Of a DNA stretch of 38,249 nucleotides, positions 11,103-21,538 are shown piece after piece (position 1 is the stretch's first letter; every line of letters starts with the position of its first letter). The stretch lies in assembly GCA_009602725.1 (NCBI GenBank), contig WELB01000011.1, positions 627,383 to 665,631 of the forward strand. The letters run 5' to 3'. The stretch comes from Spirogloea muscicola. Its lineage: Eukaryota. The notes below the pieces were generated by a model, which made no database searches, was not told the origin of the DNA, and worked only from the letters and a program-made list of their open reading frames with translations. The position numbers and the translations under genes were made by a program.

Positions 11103-14100
11103 TCAAGGTGGCACTGGGAATTCTCTTTCATCTGCTCTGCGGTAGAGAATGGCAGAGGCCTCTATCCTGGAACAACAACCAAACATGTCACACGTGCGCG
11201 CGTGCTTTGATGGCTTGTGCTGCTGCCCATCGAAAGTGCCCATTGAGTACCTTAGCAAGCTAATAAGAAAACGTAAATGAATGTATTCAAATACATACTA
11301 TTTGAGACTCTTCAATAAGCAGCTTGGGGAAGGGAAGATTACCAGGCTGGCCGGACAACAAACTTGCCAGTGGCTAGGGCCCAGCGCACCTGCCACAAAC
11401 TCGAGTCAGAGAACCATATGTGCATACATGTGGCCTCTTCAAAGGGGCCAGATAAGCCAGTCAGATGTGTATTCCAGCACTGCAACGCATATTGCTTAGG
11501 ATCAGCAATATGCAAATATTCAACCCTAAATACCTTCTCTGTTCCAAGCGAGTTGGCCACCACGTGCGTGACCCTGTCGTCCTGCTCAGTGGTGCACACT
11601 GCCCCGAACTGTTCGGCAATGCGCCAGACTACATGCATGTGGGGACTTGCATCGCCGACCTGGAACCCGTTTAGCCACTCAATCACTCATATGCTCAGGC
11701 AAAGACCAGGCAAGCAGGCAAGCATGGCTTGAGATAGGCAGTCTGCCTCAGCCACAATCTGCAAGCAAGGCTTGTGGCGGTCGGCACAAGCCTTGCTCCA
11801 CAGCTAAGCCGGCTGCTCCAATGTGCTCTTAGCTCACGGTACTGACGGGGAACACGCGGGAGAAGAGAAGACGGGTGCCGCCCAGCACCACCCGCTGCAC
11901 CAGAGCCAAAAGGCTGCGGACATCGCAATCGTTGACACGGGAGGGGTCAGCAAAGAAGGACCGATGGATCCGTTCCAGCACCTGCACCATACAGAAGATG
12001 TCCAATCACTATGCATGGCCCAGTGAACACAACCCAACATATATTGACATTGCACATGTTGCTCTTTGTAGGATCGGTGATATTTCTGCCATTAATGCCT
12101 TGTAACTTGAGGGATGAAGGTGAGTACAGAGAGGGTGATTGCGAGGCAGCTGTCGGCCTCTCGCTCGTCGTGGCCCAGCTCCAGAAGGGAGGGGCCCCAC
12201 AGTCCAAACTGCCGCCGGCTAGACGGGAAGAAAATGTACCTGCTATCCACTAACAAGCATCAGCCTTTCATGTGGCTGGCTGAATACTCCAGAAGCAAAG
12301 ACCCAGAGTTCCACATCCATGACATGCATGCACAATAATGCCATAAGGCTGTAGTCATGATCAGTCACATGCCGTCTGCCCAGGTCATGGCGTCTGGGAC
12401 TGAGAGGTGAATGTACAAGTTGAGCAACTGAGCAAATGAGTCCACAGATATGGCTTGAAGCTGCTCTGCACCCCACCTTTCAACAACAATAAGATTCAGG
12501 GCGTGGTGGGGCCACATGCGCGCTGAGTCGTCCACAATAAGCACTGCGGACTCCATACCCAGGACACCATCCAGGTCCTTGCTCTTCTGCTGGCTAGGCC
12601 GACTCTCCAGCTCCATCTCGCCCTCGTTGTTGACATTGTCTCGGGCCGTGTCGCCCTCGACACTGTCGCCTTTGGAGATGATTCGCCCAGCAAAGAGCTC
12701 CCCAGTCGGGTCCAAGAGCCTCGCCATCTCCGTTGCATATGCACGATTTCCCATTGTGTACACGTGCAGCTCATACAGCTGGCTTGCCTGCGCAGTTGAG
12801 CAGACGTTAACTGAAAGAAGCGTAGCTGACTTGCAGCCAAAAAAAATAAGAAAGAGATGTTCTTCCGATGGAAATATTGGCTCTAAAAGGCAAGCTAAGA
12901 GGCTCTGAAAGGCAAGCCAAGAGGAACATATCAGGTCCAAAGGGGCTGGTACACACTACGCAAGTGGCTACTCCAAATGGGTGCTGAATGATCCATAGCG
13001 AACAGTCGGGAATTCGGAGTGGCTAGCAGCACAAAACAGGACCAGTATTGCCACCTAGAAAAGACTTTACTCTGGTGAGGAAACGCCAAATGCCCGGCCG
13101 CAGCTTGGTCCACATCGCAATGTGCGTGAAGCTGTGAAGCTCTCGCTTCCGCCCCAACTGCAGCCTCCCCGCGCTCTCGATTGCCTTGAGCTTCTGGTCC
13201 CATGCCAGCTCAATCTCTCCAAACTGCAATTAAGAACCCAGTTTGTAAGATGACTGATAGGCAGGCCATTGACTGGAAATACCCATTGAAGGTTATAGGT
13301 GTGGAATTAGATATCTAGTACACATCAAGAGTGCACACATCAGCTTCCAGACATTGGAGCTCCAATGCTCACCTTGGCAGAGTTGAGCAGGGTGTGGTCC
13401 AGATCAAGCACAAGCACAAGCTTGCCACAGCCAAGGATGCTGGCCTGCTCCTTCAGCCGCCGCTGCCTCTCCTTACCAATAGCAGCCTCGTTTGTCGCCA
13501 TGGTCGACTCAGCCGTGCCTGGCACCTCAGTTCAGCAACCGTACCCTGAGCTCCCAGGACTCTAACTTGAGAGGGAGCAGTGCAAGCTGGACCAAGGAAC
13601 GGTCATGCATCAGTCCAATGTCGCCGCACAATTGCAAAGTGCAGCGCTTTGGAATGTCCAGCCCATACCTGCGTCCTGCGGTTGAGCCTCGTTGTGGCCC
13701 GCCGGCATGCCCATATGGTCGTGTGACAAACTAGCTTCAGCCACGGAGCTGGAGCTGGCAGCCACAGACCCCTCGGCAGGAGCATGCAGTGATACAGCAA
13801 GAGCACCGCCTGGGCGTGCAGAGTCAGCCGGCCCTGCGCTGCGAGACGCCGAGGTGCGTACACTGACCTCCACCAACTCAGGCAGCACAAGGATGGGGCT
13901 GCTCGGCCTCGGCGGCAACACAGGGAGGTTGCTCTTGAGCTGGCTCTCAGGCTGAGGGGCCTTCCGCATCGCAAGCCGCGGGTCCTTGGACTTAGATCGC
14001 ACACCATCCAGCTCCAACGACGACGTCTGCTGGGCCCCATGCTTGCCGCGGCCGCTACTCGCCTCCGCTCTCTCACTGGCGAGCTCCAGGCGGGGGTCCC

Positions 14101-17100
14101 TGGACTTGGGTCGCTGCCTGTCCTGCTCTGGTGCAGGCCGCTGCTGAGCACCAGGCCTGCTGCCGACCTCTTCGCCTTCGCCTGCAGGCTCCAGCCGGGG
14201 CCGCTTGGCCTGCTGGTCATCAGCAGGGCCGGCGCTCTGCCACTCTTCTCTGGCGTCAATGGACTTCGCATCCTCGGCTGCATCGGAGGTCAGATTGTGC
14301 ACACCAGCTATCCTGGTGCTTGCAGATGTCAGCATATCCTGACCACGGATCAAGGTGGCGGCAGCAGAATTCTGGTCTGGCATCACGTAACTGGGCCTGT
14401 CGAGCACAGCCACTGGCAGATCAGCGTGCAGCCCGCCATCTTGAATGCTCGGCGGAGGCTGCAGTGTTGACTGTGGCGGCACTGGTGCTCGCTGGATGGG
14501 CTTGGGAGCTGTAGCAGAGTACAGGAGGAACGCCGCTTCTGGCACTGCAGCCGCCGCCAAGAATTGCGGCGGCAGTGGCGGAGGCGGCTGGACCGGTCCA
14601 TGAGAAGGGACGGAGTCGAAGGTGGCCCGGCTGGCCACTGGCTGCAGCTGCTGCCAGTCGTACTCGGCCAGGCCAGTCGGTGATGCCGCCTCCTCCCTGC
14701 TGCTCTGAGGCAAGCCCCATGCAGCAGGAGAGGCTTGCACGCGCAGCGGTGATGGAGGGCGCCACACGGCTCCATCATCGACGTACGCTAAGTCAGGCCT
14801 AGCTCGGCCAGAGGCAAAAGGCGAGCTCAGATGGAAGCCGGAGCTGACGACCGCTTGAGGGCGGCCTGCCTGCCTGCGCGCATAGGCGTAGGCGGCAGCT
14901 GCGAGCGCCGCTGTTTCCGAGGCATCGGCTTGATTGGCATTGGTATGGATGCCATGTCGCATGCCACCATCACCATCAGTTTTGGCAGTGTTCTCTTGCT
15001 TCAGCGGTCGCATGTCGCTTCCCGACGGCTGCAGCTTCGCCTGCTGCTGCCATACATCTGCCTTGCCACCGGCACTGTTGCCAGCAACCTTGGCGCGCTC
15101 CTTACTTGCCGTCCACCCTTGCAGCATGGCACTCACCTACGCGGCACAGCCAGCAACACGACCTCGCAAGCAAAGTCAAGAAGAGGCCGCTACTTGTCCA
15201 GCACAACATGAGCATTCAACAAAGCAGCTCAATCATTGAGCAGTCTTCAATGTCAGATATAAGCCTCGTCTTGTGTACACTGATACACCTGATTGTCCAC
15301 TAGGTCGCGCGAACACTGCACTAAGCCCATTCTTATGTTCCAATGAAGGAGAGGACCCTGACAGACAACATCTATCCACAACTGCTAGGGAGGGGCTGCG
15401 GCACCACAGCACCTCTTGTGCCTGCTTCTTTGTGAAGAGCTTGCCTGAGCTTCCGCTGGCCAACTCCAGAAGGCTGCTCATTCAGAAACATGCAGAGAGT
15501 TTGTGTCAGCTCACAAGCGCCACCAAAAGTAGAAATTTGGGGCTGCAAGCCTCTGACTTGGCTCTTACTGACAAGCTGTTTGTCCAAAGACATACAACTG
15601 GAAGAAGCACTGAAAGTCAATCAAGCACCTAGCTGTCGCCACGCTGCCATGAGTGCTTCGGCCCTGCTCGACTACGGCATCAGTCAGTCGCAGGAAGCAC
15701 CTGGTAAGTGCCTTTGGGTCACCATGCAGCTGCTCCCTCCCAGCGGCAGTGTTGGCGACCTGGGTGCCCATGCTGCAGGCGCTTATCTTGCTGCAGCAAC
15801 ACGAGGCTCACCCTTATGTTGCTGCAGCATAATCACATTGAACACTCAAACAGATCCTGGATGCAGTCCAATCTATTGATTAGTCACTGAGGTGCACAGA
15901 TCTAACCGCAAAGGCAGCCCGGATGCCTGCAAACGCCTGGCGCGAGACAGCGACGACCTTGTCGGGCACGTCCCCCTGCATCGGCTCCTTGGCATCTGGG
16001 AAGAGCAGGCCCAGGGCCAACTCGAGCGCCACCAAGGCCTGCTGCAGCTGCCGGCAGACCTCCAACAACGCCCTGCGTGCCCCCCGCTCATCAGAATCAG
16101 TGATGGCTCCCAAATGCGAAGGATGGTGAAGCTGACCGTTACCTCTCATACTGAGAGTCCCTGAACCCTGAACCCTGAACCCTAAACACTAACCCCAAAA
16201 ACCCTTTTCTCCAAACCCGAATCTCCTGGGACCTCATCGTCCCAGGAGATTTGGCTGGATCTGACCCAACCAAGCACTTGCATTCGGGCTGAGGCTCAGA
16301 TTACAGGTATCAAGCTCTGCCTCACTTCTGAGCGTCCTTGATGCTGGTCGAGCGGACGGCGTCGGCGGCAGCCTGCACCAGCTTCGCCACCTCGAGCGGC
16401 CGTGCCTCCTCTTCGGCCGTCACGGCCTCATCCGTTTGACAGCGCTCAGCCTTCTGCCAGGGAACCTCTGCTGAGGGCGGCAACCTTCTGCCGCCCTCAT
16501 CGTCCCGCTCTCTTTGCCGGCTACCACCAAAGTTGATTCCATTCGGAATTGCCTCGTCATGCCGGTGACTACGGCGATACTGGACGCTGGAGGGCCTTTG
16601 CCTGTCATCATAATGGGAGTTCAAATCAAAGCTCCGCCAACCATAGGCGCAGCGACCTCTGTCCTCATGCCAGTCCTGCAACGAGCGGCCGTGGGCGGGG
16701 CTCAGATTCGTTGGCTCCTGGCGAAACGAGGCTGGAGTCAGCGGCTCCTCGCTCCACTCGGGGTGAGAGCTCGAAGCGCTGGCGCTGCTGCCATCGTCGC
16801 CGTCGTCGTCGTCGGCGCCCTCAATCTCGCCTTCCTCCAACTCGCCCTCCTCCCTCTCCTCCGCCGGCTCGCCAGCACGGGCATGGCCAGAGGGGGCGGG
16901 CAGCGCCTCGCAGACAACGGCTCGCGACGCTCTGTCCTGTGAGTCGGGCCCTCGCTCCGCGCGCTTGACGTCGCCAAGAGCCCCGCCCTTGACAGCACGC
17001 GCCCAGGCCTCGTTGTACAGGATCTCGGAGCGGGCCACGCGGGGACTGGCGGCGACGACCAGCGGCCGCTGAGCTAGACGTGGCGCCGCCGCTGCTGGGC

Positions 17101-17311
17101 CATGGTAACCGGACGAAGCTCGGGATTGCCAATGGAGGCTCTCGTCCGGGCCGTCGGCAAAAGGCGGCAATGGCGGCGGAGGCTGCGGTGGCGGCGGCCA
17201 GCGGGGCTCGTGGTCATAGCAAGGTCCGAGGCCGTTGCTGGGAGGAGGGCCTCCGCCAACGCCGAAGTAACCGCCGCCGCCGCCGCCGCCAGTGGCCCAT
17301 GGCGGCTCCAT
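11103..17311 (-). CDS. CPL3: RNA polymerase II CTD phosphatase-like 3 (FCP1 family; FCPH + BRCT). Predicted exons: 17311-16326, 16072-15907, 15759-15701, 15473-15413, 15136-13669, 13518-13373, 13223-13071, 12787-12477, 12239-12128, 11981-11847, 11659-11534, 11389-11343, 11166-11103
   Basis: LVLVLDLDHTLLNSAK (DxDxT), WTKLRPGIWRFL, YTMGNRAYATEMARLLDP, VLIVDDSARMWPHH, RYIFFPSSRRQFG. BRCT segment EQFGAVCT..VTHVVANSLGTEKV..VVRPAWIEAS. Long plant CPL3-type N-terminal region. The start codon is less certain. Confidence 0.92.
16159..16205. repeat. Degenerate telomere-like tract (CCCTGAA/CCCTAAA) in CPL3 intron 1
   Basis: ccctgaaccctgaaccctgaaccctaaacactaaccccaaaaaccct. Confidence 0.75.
16220..16251. 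repeat. Perfect 13-bp hairpin in CPL3 intron 1
   Basis: AATCTCCTGGGAC-ctcatc-GTCCCAGGAGATT. Confidence 0.85.
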
Positions 17312-17941
17312 GGTGGGCTCCTCATGGCTTGCGGCGCACCATGCAGGCGCGCGATACCGCGCGGCGCGGCCTTCTGGCGGTCCCGGCGCTCATTCGCGGC
17401 GGGCTCGTCACGGCTTCCGAGCGTCACAGACGGCGTCGGAAGGCCCCCGGGCTCGCACGATCGTCCGCCCTCCCGGCAGCTCGCGCACCTGCGCCGGCAT
17501 GAGATCCGAGGACGTCCGGAATGGCGTTGCCGGCGGCGGCGGCGGCGGCGGCGGCTGCGGAGGCTGGCCGGCGAGGGTGTGATGGGTTCTGGGCCGGCCA
17601 TGGGGACACCCGAGGAAACTGGGACGCCCTGCGTCGAAGCTTGACGCAATGCCCCCCGATGGCGAAGGAAAGTAGCTCAGGCTCCCGGGAAGGGGGCCCG
17701 AGGAAATCCGTCGAGAGCTGACGCGGCCCGGCGGACCGCACCCGCGCTGCGAAAGCGGACTTCTTGGCTCATCAATCTAGTCACGAATACTCTCTATATG
17801 AACCTGGGTGACTTTTAGAGCCGCTCATTTGATATCTACAGCCGCATTCGTCTACCTTTCTTCTTGAGGAGTTTCCTCGAAGAGACAATCTCCTCCTCAG
17901 CCCGCATTGCTCACCTGCTCGGGAGCCCTGCCACCGCCGCC

Positions 17942-20793
17942 ATGGACGACGACGCCGCCGCCGCCGCCGCCGGCGAGCCGGAGCCGCGGGGCATGGAGGA
18001 GGCCGCCGCCGTGGCGGAGCCGGAAGCCGCCGAGGCGGAGGAGGAGGAGGAGGAGGAGGAGGCGGAGGCGGAGGAGCAGTATGCGGTCGACGAGCCCGTC
18101 GATGTCGCCGTGCTGTGCTGCGTGCTCCGCCAGCAGTCGTCGCCGCCCGGCGACCGCCGCATCTGGCGCCGCGTCGCGCTGCCGTCCGACTCGAACCTCC
18201 TCGAGCTCCACGTCGCGCTGCAGGTCCCGCCGCATTCGCCGCTGCCTTTCGTCTGGAGGACTTCCAGAGATACCTCTGACGATCAGTAGGAGGAGCTTGA
18301 GGCCAAGCTTGGCAGCCTCGCTCTCAGCATGAAGGAGCGTCACGTTCTCGTTGACGGCCGTCAGCTGGAGGCGGCTGCCAGCTTCTCGTGGGGATACCTC
18401 TTGCATGCACAGGCCTTCTTGCGCTTGTCTGAAGGCTCGAATGCAGAAGCAGAGGTTGAGCAAGCTGCGCTAAGTCAACCACCTAAATTTAACGACGCCT
18501 GCGGCGGCATTGCTCGTGCAGAACGCGTTTGACTTCGAGGACAACCACTTGCACGAGTTTCGGCAGTCCAAGAAGGCCAGCGGCAGCGTCCCGCGGTACC
18601 CCGGCTTTGGCCGCACGGACCTCTCCAAGCTGCCGGCGGCCGACACCGACAGCGCCAATGAGGACGATATTCGCACGTTCCAGGTCTTGACTCGAGCAGT
18701 CAAGGGCATTCCTTTGACATTGAATCATAAAGAGCCTTGCAGCAACCCGGGCGCATTCGCATCACTTCAAAATTTGGACTTCTACATCGGTTTATCAATC
18801 TCACGTTTACGTAAAGTCGGTCACTTGAAGTACAATGGAAGACCTTTCCCACGGGCAAATGTCACCACTGCAAATGCTGATACTTTCGTGAGCGCGCTCC
18901 AGGGCTGCCAGCAGGAAAACATCTTCTCAACTGGCCTGATGCCGTGCAAAATCCCTGTTGGCTTGCATTGCAGCTGGTGGTCGGTATTCCCGACGCTGCA
19001 GGCGGCGACTACTTGACGCCTGCAAGTGATGCCGATGAGGCCAATGTCTTTGTGCAGCACTCGCATCCCCACCAAGAGGCTCTGCCTATTGGCCCTGACC
19101 TTGTGGACAAGCTCGCGTTTGCATCCAAACCCAAGCAGGTGAGGACTTGCTTTTGACACCAAGGAATGTAGCCATCTTGTTGCTGAAGTCTGTTCACAGA
19201 TAAATCAATTGTAAGGAGGCATTGCTGACCTGCTATATGATGGCCATGTTGAAGTAGTCAGTGATGATGGGACCATTGTAACATATGAAGATCGCAATTT
19301 CCAAGCACGAGGTGTTGAAATGATGCAAGAAAAGGCAAGGAACGGGCCAAAAGTTAACCACCCAACCAAGCCAACGGGGCCAAGAGTTCTAGAGAGCTTA
19401 GGGGGTCCTGGCCTTGGCCCTGGCCCTGGCCCGTTTGGAGCTCGTGGCCTTGTGGGCTTGGTTGGCTTGTTAACTTTTGGCTCCACTGGATGTGCCTTGG
19501 CCCCGTTCTTGAGCTTGCGACACTCAGACGCCTCGTGCTTGGGCTTGGCAACAATTACTTGTAACACCCTACAAGTTTGGACAATGAGGACGTCTTTCCA
19601 GACATCCTCCCGAAAGCCTTGCCCCCCAGATCACAATATTGATGTGGAAGATGGGAGCCTTCCGGAGTACTGATTCACCTGACGTTGAGCCTGCAGTACC
19701 AAGACCACTGAGATCTCTGAATTTTTGGAGATGCCGGGGCAGGTGCTGGACGAGAGGGCTTTCAGGGTCTCCGACGTTCTTAATTCTGCCAACCCTGTCC
19801 TCATCTACGAGTACGACTTTGGCGTGAGCCACGAGATCTCCATCTTCTGGGAGGGCGAGTTCTCGTCCACAGAGGGCATCGATTATCCAACTTGCCTGGC
19901 AGGAGCTGGCGCCAGCCGCGCCGAGGATGGCAATGACACGGACGACGCAGGCAACCTGCTTGACAGCTATGATTATGACGAGTTTGCCATAATTGAGGTA
20001 AGCGTGACTGTCTGGCAATTTTCCCTATAATCCTAGCTTATATCAAACAATGACTCAGTGCCTTGAATCTTGTGTTGCTATCTGATCCATGTTGGGCAAG
20101 CTCGAAATAGTCTCCTGTTAATCTTGCCAGTTGCTGTGAGTTCACTGCAATCAAGTACTCAACAGTCAATTTGGGCAAATTAGGACTATTTTGCTCTTAC
20201 TTCTACCAGTCGCTCTGAGTCAATCGCGATCAAGTGTTTGAAAACAACTGAGAAGTCCTACAAGAGTGCAATTTCGTCTACAAAAGCGGCAGTCTCGATA
20301 GTAAGTGAAGCTGTTCTCTACTGTCTGAGCAGGTTCTGCGCAACTTCGAGAAGACATACCAAGGCCTGTGGCCTGCCGGCCCTGGCGCAATAAACAAGAC
20401 GGAGGCCCTCCGCTGCTATATGTGCAGGTGAATTAGCACCACCAAGCATCCCAGAGAGCTGCAACCAAAACGTTGTCTACAGCACACGACTTAGACCAGC
20501 CAAACAGAAGATGTTAGCAAAAACAGCACCTCTGACAGGCCCTTTGCTTACTTTTGGACGGCAGGTACACCAAAGAGTGCTCCCTACGTCGGCGGTGCTC
20601 CGGGAACTGCTGTACCTTCTGCCTCAAGTCGATGCTGGCCGTGAGCGCGGGGGCCGTCGCACTCGACGAGGCCGATGCAGCGTTTGACGAGGCAGCCGCC
20701 CGCGTGCACGAGGCTCGCCGGCAGTGGGTGGAGGAAGGACGCTGCACGTGGGTCGAGCGCGACGGCCAGCCTTGCAACTGCAAGGAGGAGTGA
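17942..20793 (+). CDS. Plasmid pRiA4b ORF3-like (PF07929/MM3350-like) domain protein with acidic N-terminus and Cys-rich C-terminus. Predicted exons: 17942-18223, 18522-18683, 18974-19138, 19743-19997, 20333-20427, 20565-20793
   Basis: Spliced IWRRVALPSDSNLLELHVALQ/NAFDFEDNHLHEF, DERAFRVSDVL..LIYEYDFG..HEISI and YPTCLAGAGASRAED match the recalled family motifs IWRR..LH..Q..HLHEF, YEYDFGD and YP-x-C-x-x-G..PPED. All junctions are GT-AG and phase-compatible. The acceptor of exon 4 is uncertain. Confidence 0.82.
19301..19542. mobile_element. MITE-like fold-back element in intron 3 of the pRiA4b-ORF3-like gene
   Basis: Outer inverted repeat CCAAGCACGAGG / CCTCGTGCTTGG. Inner imperfect inverted repeat of about 43 bp, CCAAAAGTTAACCACCCAACCAAGCC.. 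/ ..GGCTTGGTTGGCTTGTTAACTTTTGG. Central (TGGCCC)n. No clear target-site duplication. Confidence 0.6.
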
Positions 20794-21538
20794 CGGCGCA
20801 AGATCCTGCTCTGCCTCTTGTGCTGCACGCGCCCTGCAACTCGCAGATTTTGCACTTGACACCTCTAAGCGAGCTCCTGCACCTTACAAGACATGGAGGC
20901 CACTCAGCCCAAGCGAGGCCCTTCACTCTGCCTCACTTATGACAGCCTTAGTAGACACTGGCGTCTTGCTGCAATACTTTGCAAAGGCGTCTGCCACCGT
21001 GGCCGACTTCACTATAAGCCCGCAGCCTGCAGCCTCCGATTACGGCCCATGCTTCCAAATGCGCAAGTGCATATACTTGCACGTTCTAGCACAAGCTCAT
21101 ACGATCTCTTCAGGTCGTCATTCTTGCGGCGTCTATGTAGAGCAAGTGTGCTAACATCTTATTGGTTTAACTTGCATTGCAGCAAGCATTACCTAGCATA
21201 GAGATTGGCCAACACAGCAAGTGAAAAGGTCAAGTGCTTGCGCTCTGCAACACTTTGGCAGGCCTAACAATGTGGAGAATTGTGCAGAAATAAAATAATC
21301 CCCTAAGTAACGGGCTCTGCATCCTACATCCTTACAAGGTGCAGATCATCAAGGAAAGTGGAAGCAGGAGTCAGGCGATATATGCCAGGATGGCGGGATG
21401 CAAGAGTCAGTCAAGCAATGCCAGGGTGGGGGGAGAACGCCGAAAGCAAGAAAATTTGTTTACACAAGTGGGATCACACCACTGCAGAGCGCGACCAAGA
21501 CGTTGGCTTCTACTCTCTGAGTCGGCCGCCACGCCTGA

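Noticed and set aside
17074..17741. Several ORFs upstream of or antisense to CPL3
   Set aside because: Stop-poor GC island with (GGC)n and no recognisable protein.
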